In this document: positions 13,763 through 27,296 of the stretch, piece by piece
How the letters are laid out: each line of letters opens with the position of its first letter
How positions within the stretch are numbered: the stretch's first letter is position 1
Source: Octopus vulgaris
Lineage: Eukaryota
Direction: 5' to 3'
Assembly: GCA_951406725.2 (NCBI GenBank)
Contig: OX597832.1
Coordinates: 58,156,001-58,220,000 of the forward strand
DNA: 64,000 nt
Program-made: the position numbers and the translations under genes
Notes under the pieces: generated by a model
The model's database searches: none
What the model was told of the DNA's origin: nothing
Seen by the model: only the letters and a program-made list of their open reading frames with translations

Positions 13763-14011
13763 TTCCTATCATAGTAGGCGCATTAGGCATGATAAAAAAA
13801 TATTCAGACAAATACATAACAAAAACACCAGGACTTACAAACACATATAACATACAGAAAATTGCACTACTAGGCACTGCACACATCCTACGCAGAACAC
13901 TTTCCATAAAATAACCATCAGAGCATCACAACAAATCACAGCACATACCCAAGGCACACAGAGCTGCGCTCGGTAGTGAAGTGAAAGCACGCTATAAAAA
14001 TAAAACTACTG
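13762..14011 (+). mobile_element. R4/Dong-type LINE 3' end (third family)
   Basis: IPIIVGALGMIKK...IQKIALLGTAHILRRTLSIK*; (AAT)n on both sides. Confidence 0.8.
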
Positions 14012-14297
14012 AATAATAATAATAATAATAATACATAAGTATAATAAATTCGTAATAATTATGTATAAGTAGAAAATTTGCAGAGGATCTCCAAAGTGCG
14101 ACTCTACAGACCATGATTCGAAAATTATATATCTGCATGCATGCATTTGATTACTGGAATGTGAAGAAGGATGTTACGAGAAGACAACTTGGATTACGGC
14201 CCTTTCTATACACTATGTATAACATATAACACGCATACACTCACACGCACATACATACACGCACACACATACATGAATATATAGGTAATAGTTACAA

Positions 14298-14522
14298 AGG
14301 CGGCGAGCTGGCAGAAACGTTAGCACGCCGGATGAAATGCTTAGCGGTATTTCGTCTGTCGTTACGTTGTGAGTTCAAATTCCGCCGTGGTTGACTTTGG
14401 TTGACTATCGGGGTCGATAAATTAAGTACCAGTTCCGGACTGGGGTCGATGTAATCGACTTAATACCTATGTCTGTCCTTGTTTGTCCCCTCTATGTTTA
14501 GACCCTTGTGGGTAATAAAGAA
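14298..14522 (+). mobile_element. SINE family A with TSD
   Basis: TSD ataggtaatagttac at 14281-14295 and 14523-14537. Confidence 0.85.
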
Positions 14523-14943
14523 ATAGGTAATAGTTACGTAATGACTGGTTTTGTTTGATGTTCGTGATCACAGCTATCGCCCGATGTTTTATGTGTTTTC
14601 AACTAAAGTTTGCGTAGAAAATGTACTTTTCTTCTTTCTACATCTGGAAAGTAAATGTATGGCTTCGATTCATGTATTTGAGCTTCGATACATAAGTAAA
14701 ACAAGAAGCATATTCCCGTGTATATATATATAACAATAACGTAAAATCAATGTCTCTCGCTCCCCCCAAAAAGGGGATCTGGTGTGAGTAGTCTCACTTG
14801 GCTACTATCTGCTTTCGGGTGTTTTTACACCAAGGGTATTGAGATTATATTCTCTTATGTCTATAAGATATAGCCGCCCGACAAACTAACAACACACACA
14901 CCTCAAGTATGTGTGTTAGACTTTCTTCACACTCACTCACTCA

Positions 14944-14987
<44 letters not shown>

Positions 14988-15042
14988 CACACACACACAC
15001 ACATACACACGCGCGCACACATGTATATATATAGATATATAT

Positions 15043-15423
15043 AGGCGCGGGAGTAGCTGTGTGGTAAGTAGCTTGCTTTCCCAACCACATGGTTCCGGGT
15101 TCATTCCTTGGGCAAGTGTCTTCTACTATAACCTCGGGCTGACCAAAGCCTTGTGAGTGGATTGGGTAGACGGAAACTGAAAGAAGCCCGTCGTATATAT
15201 GTATATATATGTGTGTGTATGTGTTTGTGTCTGTCTTTGTCCTCCTCCAACAACGCTTGACAACCGTTGGTGGTGTTTACGTCCCCGTAACTTAGAGGTT
15301 CAGCAAAAGAGGCCGATATAATAAGTACTAGGCTTCCAAAGAATAAGTCCTGGGGTCGATTTGCTCGACTAAAGGCGGTGCTCCAGCATGACCGCTGTCA
15401 AATGACTGGAAAAAGTAAAAGAG
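15043..15423 (+). mobile_element. SINE family B, full length
   Basis: Head, ccttgggcaagtgtctt CORE-like block and tail gtaaaagag. Confidence 0.85.
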
Positions 15424-15454
<31 letters not shown>

Positions 15455-15711
15455 CCCTGATGTGATATATGCATAATCACAGAAACACACGAACATTACG
15501 TATGTGCATATATTTGCATATAAACAATATGTGTTTCTACAGGAACGAAAATACAGTACTCAATACTTACAAATGAATGCAACAATATATGAATGTATGT
15601 AGGAATGTATGTATGAATGTGTGTATGTATGCATGGATGTGTTTGAGGGCATTTGTGCATGCGTGTGCGTGTATATATTTGACAACGGAAGGCGTTGACA
15701 ACGAAAATAAA

Positions 15712-15942
15712 AGGCGGCGAGCTGGCAGAAACGTTAGCACGCTGGGCGAAATGCGTAGCTGTATTTCGTCTGTCGTCACGTTCCGAGTTCAAATTCCGCC
15801 GAGGTCGACTTTGCCTTTCATCCTTTCGGGGTCGATAAATTAAGAACCTGTTACACACTGGGGTCGATATAATCGACTTAATCCGTTTGTCTGTCCTTGT
15901 TTATCCCGTCTGTGTTTAGCCCCTTGTGGGTAGTAAAGAGAT
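15712..15942 (+). mobile_element. SINE family A
   Basis: Near-consensus copy; flanking repeat tatatatttgacaacggaa at about 15672 and 15942. Confidence 0.85.
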
Positions 15943-16429
15943 ATATATTTGACAACGGAAGAAATAGAAAGAGAGGAGAATGGAGGTAGGCGGTGAGAGA
16001 GGAGGACAGAGATATTAGCATTCTGTACCCACATTCATAAGTATATATAAATATTATGGAAAATTCTATAACGATTTATAATTAGAACTGATATACCCAG
16101 ATGGCATGAGGATTTAACCGCAAAAAGAAATGAACGAGAGGACACCAACACCAACAACAACAGCAACAACAAAAACAGCAAAGTAAAAAACCAAGAACAA
16201 AACAGGCGGAACAACAATAATAACGACAACAACTACATCAACATAAATCACAGGAACAACAATTAAAGAAACAAAAACCTATAACAATAACAAACACCCA
16301 CTTTTTAATCGATGATTATTAACTCGCGCATTGATTACGATATACAATGCCAAAACCTGAAATGTATGTATGCACAAGCTCACTCACTATATGGTCCTGC
16401 ATACATACATTCCTACATATATAACTATG

Positions 16430-16433
16430 TGTG

Positions 16434-16495
<62 letters not shown>

Positions 16496-16499
16496 TATG

Positions 16500-16530
<31 letters not shown>

Positions 16531-16570
16531 GTATATATATACTTATATATGTATATATATATATGCATGC

Positions 16571-16626
<56 letters not shown>

Positions 16627-16686
16627 GCATGCATAGATTGATGTATGCATATATGAACATATATACATACATACATATATACATAC

Positions 16687-16733
<47 letters not shown>

Positions 16734-16801
16734 AATATATACACACACATACATATAGATTCATATACTGATAGATGATACACACATGCATACACAAACA
16801 A

Positions 16802-16835
<34 letters not shown>

Positions 16836-16850
16836 GTATGTATGTATATG
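16430..16850. repeat. (TA)n/(CA)n microsatellite block
   Basis: Directly visible. Confidence 0.9.
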
Positions 16851-17904
16851 GTTACACAAAAAGTAGAGAGGATGGAAGGAGAGATAGGAGGGAGAGAGAG
16901 AGCGAGGTGTACACACAACAACGAAACTAAACACAGATCAATACCTACTATAAGTGGAAATTCGATAACGTGCCTAACTACCGATCGTAAAGTTGTTCTA
17001 CATCTTCGCAGTTACTATGCACTCTGCTCAATCATTTCACGCAGGAATCGACCAGAGTTAAAAGACATAAGCCAGTACCATCCGGTGATAAAGTTAAAAG
17101 CAGTGGGAGTGCCGTGTAAAGGTCGAGTGTTTCGTTAGCTCGTTTATAAAATACACTTCACGTTGGTGATTCATTCCATAACTTGGAGATGAACGTCAGT
17201 TGAGTTTAAGTCGGGTGTATGATCCTAAAGAACAGATTTCTATTCACATTTCAAGTTCCTGGTTTCTTTTTAACTGTTATTCGATAGTTTGTGCGCCAAG
17301 AAAAGCTGTATTCTGGCGATATCGTTAGCATGCTGGAGAAAAAAAAACTGGTGTTACTTTCGACAATTTAATCTGAGTTCCAATGCCGCCGAAGTCAAAT
17401 TACCGTTCATCCTTTCGAGGTCGATAAAATAAAGCAAGAGTTGAACACAGAACAATTTAGCTGAACCAACCGACTCCAATTCTTATTGTTTTAAAGTTTA
17501 GTTTTTGCTCTATCTTCTCTTTTTGCCAAACCGCTAAGTTGTGGGAACGTAAGCAAATCAACACAAGTTGTCAAGTGGTGATGATAAGGACAAGCACAAA
17601 GACAATGACGTACACACACATACATATAAACCTACATACATGTACACACACACACACATACACATATACACACACATACAACGAGTTTCTTTCAGCTTCC
17701 GTTCACCAAATCCACCCACAAAGCTTTGGGCAATAGTAAAAGGCACTAGCCCAAGGTGCCGCGCAGTGGAACAGAACCCAAGGTCACATGGTTGAGAAGG
17801 AAACTTCTTAAACTCACAGAGGTGGGTAAATTTAATCTGCAATATTCAAACAAATTTCTTCCTTCAAAACAGAGAATAGATAAAAAATCGTCCAGGCCTG
17901 ATAA

Positions 17905-18312
17905 TGCTTTCTACTATAGACACAAAGCCTGATATTTTTATTGGTAGGGTGGGGTGGGGGCAGTCGTTTTGATCGACCCCAGTACGCAACTGGTTCTTAA
18001 TTTATCGAGCCCGGAAGGATGAAAGGCACGGTCGACCTCATAGAAATTTAATTTCAGTACGTAAAGACAGATGAAATACCTATTTCTTTACTACCCACAA
18101 GGGGCTAAACACAGAGGGGACAAACAAGGACAGACAAACGGATTAAGTCGATTATATTGACCCCAGTGCGTAACTGGTACTTATTTAATCGACTCCGAAA
18201 GGATGAAAGGTAAAGTCGACCTCGGCAGAATTTGAACTCAGAACGTAGCGGAGACGAACTACCGCAAAGCATTTCGCTCGGCGTGCTAACGTTCCTGCCA
18301 ACTCGCCGTCTT
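17905..18312 (-). mobile_element. Family A SINE dimer (long-tail copy joined to a headless short-tail copy)
   Basis: Same two-part structure and junction as 54519-54913. Confidence 0.8.
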
Positions 18313-18450
18313 AATTAAACATAGATAATGATATAACATGTACAAACACACACACGTACTTTTTTCTTTATCATCCTCAATGTTAACTTCTTTCTTCGCC
18401 TTTTCAAATTTAGTATGTCAGCTTTTATCAATATATTACATTTTTAAGGT

Positions 18451-18810
18451 GGAGTCGCAATGGCCCACCGGTTAGGGCAGCGGAGTCGCGGTTTCGATTC
18501 CCATACCGAGCGTTGTGAGTGTTTATTGAGCGAAAACATCTAAAGATCCACGAAGGGGTAGTGGCGAACCCTGCTGTACTCTTTCACCACAGCTTTCTCT
18601 CAATCTTTCTGCCTGTTTCTGTTGTACATGTAATTCAAAGGGGCCAGCCTTCTCACATTCTGTGTCACGCTGAATCTCTCCGAGAACTACGTTAAGCGTA
18701 CACGTGTCTGTGGAATGCTCAACCACTTTCACGTTAATTTCACGAGCAGGCTGTTCCGTTGATAGGATCAACCGGAACCCTCGTCGTCGTAACCGACGGA
18801 GTGCCACGAC
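18451..18810 (+). mobile_element. SINE family C, long form
   Basis: tRNA-like head shared with 5671; tail cacgagcaggctgttcc is also present inverted at about 8170-8260. Confidence 0.8.
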
Positions 18811-18817
18811 CTCTCTA

Positions 18818-18990
18818 AGGCGATGAGCTGGCTGAATCGTTGACACATCAGGCAGAATGCTTATCGGCATTTCGTCCGTCTTTACGTTCTGAGTTCAAAT
18901 TCAGTTGAGTTCGACTTTGCCTTTTATTCTTTCGAGGTCGATATAGTAAGTATTATAATTGCTGGCCTTGTGGCTAAATTTGAAACCAAT
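18818..18990 (+). mobile_element. SINE family A, diverged
   Basis: gagctggctgaatcgt...gagttcaaat...tcgaggtcgat. Confidence 0.7.
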
Positions 18991-19444
18991 ATATTATCTC
19001 ACTGATTTATTTAATATAGTAACTGTTTATCTTGTTGCTGCTTTTTCCTTCTTATCGGGTGAAATCTTAATGTACATATATGTATGCCCATGTGAAGGCG
19101 CATGGTGTGGTGGTTAGCATGATGCTCTCACCGTCACAAAATTGTAGTTTCGATTCCCAGATCGGCTGTGCGTAATTTGTTTTAGCAAAACTCTTAATTT
19201 CACGCTGCTCCAGTCCAATCCGCTCAGCTGTAAACGGGAGTAACCTCTGCGATGGATTGGCGTTTCGTTCCAGGGTAATGTTGGCCTGATCGCAAAGCCA
19301 ATGGATGAGATGAAATCATTCGAAAGGTACAAGAATACGAGGAAGCGCATTGTGATCAGCGATGTACAGCAACATCCGATAGTCTGGCTAATATAGTTTA
19401 GCCAAGGGCTAAACTGCAAAATTAATAAGAGTAGACGAGCCTAT

Positions 19445-19905
19445 GAGCTAATGAGGGTGGATCTACATGGTCACAGTTTATGCTAGATATAACATCCCAT
19501 ATTTCCTCTTATTTCATCAAGTAGTCTTAGAAAATGGATACGATAAAAAGTGGCTTAAATATATATATAAAAAAAATGATGGATGTGAGCCTGACTGGAA
19601 GCGTTAAACATATATCTGCAGAATCCCGAATGATCTGGGATTAGAGAACAACAATAAGAACGACATTACAGAAGCTAACAAGGGCGTGTCTGCAATGTCA
19701 CATGATCTGCTTGAAATAGCATCCCAAATTCTTTCAAATCTCACCTAGTAGCCTTAAAATGAAGGATACGTTAAGAAATGTAGTCTCACATATATAAAAA
19801 AAATGTATGTGAGTGTATGGGGGTAGTCAGGGCAGGAAACATTTGAGCATATGTCTGCAGAATCAGGATTAATCTGGAACCAAGGCAACAACAACAACAA
19901 CGACA
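19445..19905 (+). repeat. Two tandem diverged ~230-nt copies of an old interspersed repeat
   Basis: Shared blocks (atcccaaat/atcccatat..., tagt.cttaga/tagccttaa, catat.tctgcagaatc, ending (aac)n); related fragments at about 57.9 and 58.6 kb. Confidence 0.55.
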
Positions 19906-20397
19906 ACAATAGCAACAATAGTACCAGCAGTTATTGGGCCTTGTCTAGGTTAATGTCTGTGCTGAGGGAGAGAACTTTTATGATCCAGAGAACTAAATTT
20001 AACGTTAACCAGATCTGAAATAAATAACTAAAAAACAAAAGAAAAAAATAAAAAGAAAAAAGAGAAGAAAAGAAAAAATAAGGTTAAAATATGGAAACGG
20101 AACTAAAAACAGTAAAGAAAAATGGCGAATATATTTTTTATGATATGCAACCTCCAAAACGTAGGGAATTGCAATCCGAAATTCTTAGATTTTTTTTTAT
20201 CCTTTTATATTCCCCATGCGTTATTTGCCATCTGAAGAACTTTCCTCGGTCAATGAGTTCATTGTTTTCAATTTATATTTTCTTCCTCTTTTGATACAAA
20301 ATCGATTTGAAATAAAATTGATATGCTTCGGGAAAATATTGTTTCTGAAAATCAAGTCAATATATTGGCATACAAATTATCTACTGTTTCCATGCAC

Positions 20398-20399
<2 letters not shown>

Positions 20400-20428
<29 letters not shown>

Positions 20429-20574
20429 CTTCTTCTTCTTCTTCTTCTTCTTCTTCTTCTTCTTCTTCTTCTTCTTCTTCTTCTTCTTCTTCTTCTTCTT
20501 CTTCTTCTTCTTCTTCTTCTTCTTCTTCTTCTTCTTCTTCTTCTTCTTCTTCTTCTTCTTCTTCTTCTTCTTCT
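20400..20574. repeat. Pure (TCT)n triplet repeat, ~58 units
   Basis: Uninterrupted run. Confidence 0.95.
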
Positions 20575-20859
20575 ATTTATATATATATTTTTTGTTGTTC
20601 AAGAATAGACATAACATAAACACACATTCACAAATATTCTTGCACAAATGTTCATTCACGCACGCCAACATGTGCACGCATGCGCGTGTAAATTGACTTC
20701 CATATATTTCATGGGGAGATATTCTCTCGCTTTTTTTTATTATCATTTATTTATAAATTTGTTTATTTATTTTGATATATGGGTAATAGGCAATAAAACT
20801 AAGCAGTCAAATTCTCAATAAACATGGAATTCGTTAAACAGGAGACATTCGCGAATATA

Positions 20860-20866
20860 CATAGAT

Positions 20867-20911
<45 letters not shown>

Positions 20912-20957
20912 CATACATACGTACATACAGACATATATATGTATATATATATATATG

Positions 20958-21022
<65 letters not shown>

Positions 21023-21326
21023 ATATATATATATGTATATTTATGCATTTGCTAACACAGACGCAGTCGCATACGTGCTCACGTATAAACGTTCACGCGC
21101 ATACGCGTACATAAGGGCATGTGTACTTACTGTGCATTGCTGTTTGTGTAAATATGATTAAGTCTATGTTTATATGTGTGTGAGTGTGTGTGTTTGTTTG
21201 TGTGTGTGTATAAATTTCTCTTAGTCCTTACTTTTTGTGCACATGTGTATGCGCGTGTGTGCGTTTGTGTATGTCAATATTATATATATATACATATATT
21301 TCTCTCTCTGTATTTGTCCCACTCCA

Positions 21327-21397
<71 letters not shown>

Positions 21398-21441
21398 CTG
21401 TCTGTCTATCTATCTACCTACCTACCTACCTACCTACCTAC

Positions 21442-21540
<99 letters not shown>

Positions 21541-22152
21541 ACAATCTATCTATCTATCTATCTATCTATCTATTTATCTATCTAACTATCTATCTATTTA
21601 TCTATATGTAAACAAATGCATACAATTGTACACACACATCAATATGCATACAATCACACACACACATACACACACACATATATACATATGCATACATCAA
21701 TATACACAGACATATATATGTGTGTGTGTGTGTATACGTATACATATGCATATGTGCACATGTGCATGTTGTATACAGTCTTGTATACAGATCGAAGTCA
21801 GCACTCATACATACCTGCATACATGCAGGCAGACACATACAATCAAACATGCATAAAGAAACATGTGTACTTGTATACATATACACATAAATACATACTA
21901 CATACATAAACGCACATCTATTCAACACACAGAAAGACACACACACACATACACGCACACATACACGCACACATACACATGCACACACATACACATACAC
22001 ACACAAACTCAAACGCATAAACTGGAGTCAATCTTCAAACAGGTACTTCTTTCTTGAAATCGATCGCTATCGATTATATTATTACTGCACCCTACCTTAA
22101 TGATCAATTCTAGAGCAAAAAAAAAAGTAAAAAAAAAAGGGTTGCGATATTT

Positions 22153-22189
<37 letters not shown>

Positions 22190-22505
22190 TGGTGATGTTG
22201 TTATTGTTGCTGTCCTTGTTGTTGTTCCTCTTATTTTCTTATTGAACTTTCCTGTTGCCCAATTATAAATACAACAGATCAATACCATATTGGAGATCTT
22301 CGCAGCCAGGGAATTCACTCGTGTGTATGTGTATGTGTGTGTGTGTGTGTCTGTGTGTGTGTGTATGTTTTATATATTTATTTAATTATTTGTTCTTGTT
22401 TCCTTGCATGTGTGATATAACACACGTTTTTTTATTTGTGCCTGCGCACGCGAACACACAAACACATCGACGTACACACATGCCATATATATATATATAT
22501 ATATA

Positions 22506-22550
<45 letters not shown>

Positions 22551-22555
22551 TATAT

Positions 22556-22607
<52 letters not shown>

Positions 22608-23074
22608 TATACACACATAAACAGAGGCAGTTATACATAAATATTCAAACATGCATCGGCGCGCACACTAACACGCATAGACAAATAAAACTACCTAAAT
22701 ATACATATATAAATATACATATATTCAAACACACACACACACACATACATTCTCATCTACACACACACTGATGTGTGCACACATACGGACATATATATGT
22801 ATATATGTATGTATGTATTCATGTATGTATTTATGTATGCATGCATGTATGTGTGTGCGTGCTTATGTGATTGAGTGTATGCGTGTACATTGTGTGTGCA
22901 TATGTGTGTGTAGATTTATATATGTACACGCATATCACTAAACGTATATTCCACTCAAGCACATATACACATATTGTACTAAATGTAAGAAAATATATAC
23001 CATCATACATGCATACATATATGTATATATCTCTATGCATAAACACATACATAAATACACACATACACGCGCAT

Positions 23075-23118
<44 letters not shown>

Positions 23119-23170
23119 GTACTTGTCTAAATGTGTATGTATATATGTACATATATACATACATGCGCAC

Positions 23171-23215
<45 letters not shown>

Positions 23216-23260
23216 AACATATATATTATACATACACACAAACAAAAAAATAAACAGTGT
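20860..23260. repeat. Microsatellite-rich region (TA, CT, TATC, CA)
   Basis: Directly visible, with short unique spacers. Confidence 0.85.
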
Positions 23261-23441
23261 GAGTATGCGCGTATATATGTCTATATACGCACCAAGGGCA
23301 TTTAGTACAGCCTGTATCTAAAGCAAAATGGTCGTGAATCGCTATGTAATGGAAGTCTCACATGTAGAGTACAAACGAACTTGTACATGTGCTTCATGAC
23401 CTATATATATTTACATACACACCCACATATATATGTATATA

Positions 23442-24573
23442 CAGCGTGCGTAAGATATTTGAGATCAGATTTATGTTTATAAAAAAACAGATATATAATA
23501 ACAGATAATAATTTTATTTATCAAAAAATGCTATGAGGATAAAAATAAACCTTCTCTTCTAGAATGTTATTCAATATAGCCTCCTTCAGCTTCAACAACT
23601 GCTTCTATATGAGATCTAAATCATCTACATGCTCGAATCAAGTGGTCCTAGTTCATTTTGGACATTATTCTGACTATGGCAGCTTTCAAAGAGTCTTTGG
23701 TGTTATGGGCGAGTTCATTGACCTCTCTCCCAACAACGCTCTGCATGTAATAGTCTAATGGATTGGTATGTGGGTAATTAGGAGGCCAAATGTTAGAGGT
23801 TATGTGATCATGAACATTTTTAGCCATCCATTCCTGCGTTACTAGAGCTATGTTTGATAATGCAGAGTCTTACCGAAATACGTATGGCCTTCCATTGCAT
23901 ACACTGTCTATCCAGGGTTTAGCAATTTTTTTACAGGACCTCAATGTAGGCGGCAGAGTTAACTCTAAGGCCTTGTGGAAAAAAGTAAGGAGGCATCACT
24001 TATCCTTCATTGCTGACAATCCCTAAAACCATGGCAGTTGCAGGAAATTTTATATGCATAACAATTCGAACTTCAAAAGGGACTGCAAAAAACCATTTAT
24101 CTTTTCTTCTGTTAACTTTTTGATCATCACATAAGACATATATATATCTGATGTTTTCGTGGACAACATTTCTGACTGCTCCTTCTGACACATGGAGATC
24201 TTTTGCCATTGACCTCATGGACGTTCTGAGAACGTAATCAATGGCCTGTTGAACTTGCTGGATAGATTCAGGTGTTCTGATGATTTCTGAGCATTTAGAA
24301 TGCTTTTTGTTCTTGCTTTGATACCGGTGATACGTTCCCATCTTCAGTCCCTAGTTCTTTACAAACTTTGTAGACGAAAGATCTGACAACTTTTAAAAAT
24401 CAAGATACTTGTAAATCGCTATGCTCAATCTTTATAATCTCGCTAACAGCATGCCTCTTCATTTCTTGTGTAATCTGAGGGTCTGCCATTATTATTTTAT
24501 GAAACAAAGATGATGCAGTTAGCAAAAATGCAGATATAATCCCTAAAAGGTATGTCATCAAATATCGTACGCA

Positions 24574-24577
<4 letters not shown>
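23442..24577 (-). mobile_element. Degenerate, internally deleted Tc1/mariner-superfamily element (maT/DD37D-like)
   Basis: TIR pair gtgcgtaagatatttga / tcaaatatcgtacgcac in TA context; minus-strand remnants SMRSMAKDLHVSE (HTH), KFPATAMVLGIVSNEG and WPPN...NPLDY. Confidence 0.8.
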
Positions 24578-24616
<39 letters not shown>

Positions 24617-24763
24617 ACAGGCGTAAGAAACTTGCTTCCCAACCACATGGTTCCGGGTTCAGTGCAACTGAGTTGCAACTTAACCAAGTGACTTCTGCTA
24701 CAGCCTCGGGCGGATCAAATCCTTGTGAGTTGATTTGGTAGACGGAAATTGAAAGAAGGCCGT

Positions 24764-24823
<60 letters not shown>

Positions 24824-25107
24824 CAACAATTGAGGGTAAAATTAATTAATTATTAATCAATTTCACCAAGTATTCAGTATGTAAAGGGACCATTTAAGGC
24901 GAATTCAAAATATTACATTATATAAAAGGGCTTAGTAAAATAAATTACTTTGCCACATACTGAACTCATTAGAAATAGCAGCCCCCAAAAATTTTTTTAG
25001 CTATTTCTAATACTTAAAGAAAATCTCTCTCGAAAATAATCAAAAGACGAAGGCAGGTGGAGTACAAACAAACAAATGTATTAGTATAGCGTTCAGGAAT
25101 AGAAAAC

Positions 25108-25197
<90 letters not shown>

Positions 25198-25591
25198 AGT
25201 CCAACTCTTTTAAACAAAATACTACATTTAAACACATGCATCCTAATCCTCCAAAGAAGTTTTTCCAAGGACTATTATTGAACTCTAAAAGCATAAAGAT
25301 TCTACAATGTATTGGTATACTTATTTATTAATTTTTTGTATATATGTATTATTATTTTTTTGAGAAAAATACATTGTAAATTTCTTTTTTCCCCTTTTCA
25401 CAATTTAAAAAAACAAAATTTCCCCTTTCAAATCTTGAAAATTTGCCTTGCAATAAAAGCCGGTTTGATTTATCATTTTTTCGTTTATTAATTTTTCATA
25501 CACCCATTTTTATTAAAATTTACTTTCAATTCAGCATTTTTCCTCTCCTATCATTTTTCCACGTGCGGTTAACCCCCCCCCCATTTACTGA

Positions 25592-25646
<55 letters not shown>

Positions 25647-25755
25647 AGAGAAAGGCAGAATGCCACATATATCTGAACACTACTATGGAAGTATTCCTTT
25701 AAAAAAACCTTTCTTCTAATTTTTCTAAATTTTTCAAAATTTAATTATTTAATCG

Positions 25756-25799
25756 TTACAGTTGAAAAGGTCTCAAAATGACCGAAACCGGTACTGAAA
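25756..25799 (+). ncRNA. Minimal type I hammerhead ribozyme motif (U3-A8 variant) in a Penelope-type repeat
   Basis: ttaCAG-TTGAAAA-GGTC tcaaaat GACC-GAAA-CCGG-TA-CTGaaa: stem I, core, stem II, palindromic loop III, UA cleavage site. Confidence 0.7.
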
Positions 25800-25845
25800 G
25801 ATTCACTATAAAATCATCTTAGCATTTTCTATTTTTGACTTGTTT

Positions 25846-25963
<118 letters not shown>

Positions 25964-26575
25964 GTATGTATGTATGTATTTGTATGTCTGTGTTTGTCCC
26001 CCCCATCATCGATTCACAACTGATGTTGGTGTGTTTACGTCCCCGTAACTTAGTGAGTGAAAGATTAAGTACTAGTCTTGCAAATAGTAAGTCCTGGGGT
26101 CGGTTAGTTCGACTAAAGGTGGTGCTCTAGCATGGCCGCAGTCAAATGACTGAAACGAGTAAGAGAATAACAGAGTAAAAGATATACAGATGTATACTGG
26201 TAGCTGAATATATTTATAAAGTAAATGCAGATTTGCATAATGAATGCATCAATATGCACACAGAAGCTTATACCTCAACTTATGCTTTTACTGTCACTGA
26301 ACGGCAGCCGTATGTGAAAGAACACTTTGAAAGGTTTAACCGAACACGTGTATCTATATACAGATGGAGAATTGATGTCGAAGCATCAAAGGGGAAATCC
26401 ACGGTCATCAAGGACAGATCGATTTATTGACTTACCATATTGTAACAGATAAACAGATTGAATATTGAAGGGGAAATCCGGAAAGGGGATGCAAGTGACT
26501 GGAAAAGAAATTAAATGAGCGATCGGAAAAAATAATGAATGCGTTTTGTCGAAAAAATGGCACGAAAATACACAC

Positions 26576-26650
<75 letters not shown>

Positions 26651-26708
26651 CATTTATATATATAAAAAAACTTTTCTTCTAATTTTTCTAAATTTAATTA
26701 TTTAATCG

Positions 26709-26752
26709 TTACAGTTGAAAAGGTCTCAAAATGACCGAAACCGGTACTGAAA
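26709..26752 (+). ncRNA. Second identical U3-A8 hammerhead motif
   Basis: Same 44 nt as 25756-25799, within a ~150-nt direct repeat (25700-25850 / 26663-26802). Confidence 0.7.
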
Positions 26753-26826
26753 TGTTCACTATAAAATTATTTTAGCATTTTCTATTTTTGACTTGTTTTT
26801 TCGTATATATCAACTCGTGTGTTCCT

Positions 26827-26905
<79 letters not shown>

Positions 26906-26935
26906 CATATATACATATACATATATATATATATA

Positions 26936-27250
26936 TGTCTTTTGCTGGCCTCAAACCTTATCTGCGAACGCATGGAGAACGAACCTCCACCAACTATTCT
27001 GCCTATATGTTGGTGCACACCTTTCAATGTAGTGTTTGCCAGAAGGTTTGCAAATCTAACGGAGGCCTCAAAAGACATTTTAAGATCCACAAAGATCAGA
27101 ACTTATCTGCAGCTCTTGGTGGTCCAAATCGGAGGTGCAATCTATGTGGGTGTCTTTTCAGAATATTGCCTAGTTTAAAAAGCCACATCAGATGCGATGA
27201 TGGTGCTGAGGTGTAGGTGGTCAAACTCTGCATAAGGAGTAGACAACCAT
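26936..27250 (+). mobile_element. Probable RTE-type LINE 3' end with C2H2 zinc fingers
   Basis: [21 protein letters not shown] and CNLC...LKSH, stop at 27216, ~35-nt UTR, then (TA)n; starts abruptly out of (TA)n with no splice acceptor. Confidence 0.6.
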
Positions 27251-27252
27251 CT

Positions 27253-27296
<44 letters not shown>

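Noticed and set aside
14155-14176. miR-1-like sequence tggaatgtgaagaaggatgt
   Set aside because: No complementary 5' arm to form a hairpin; it reads WNVKKD after KVRLYR, consistent with a decayed RTE RT fragment.
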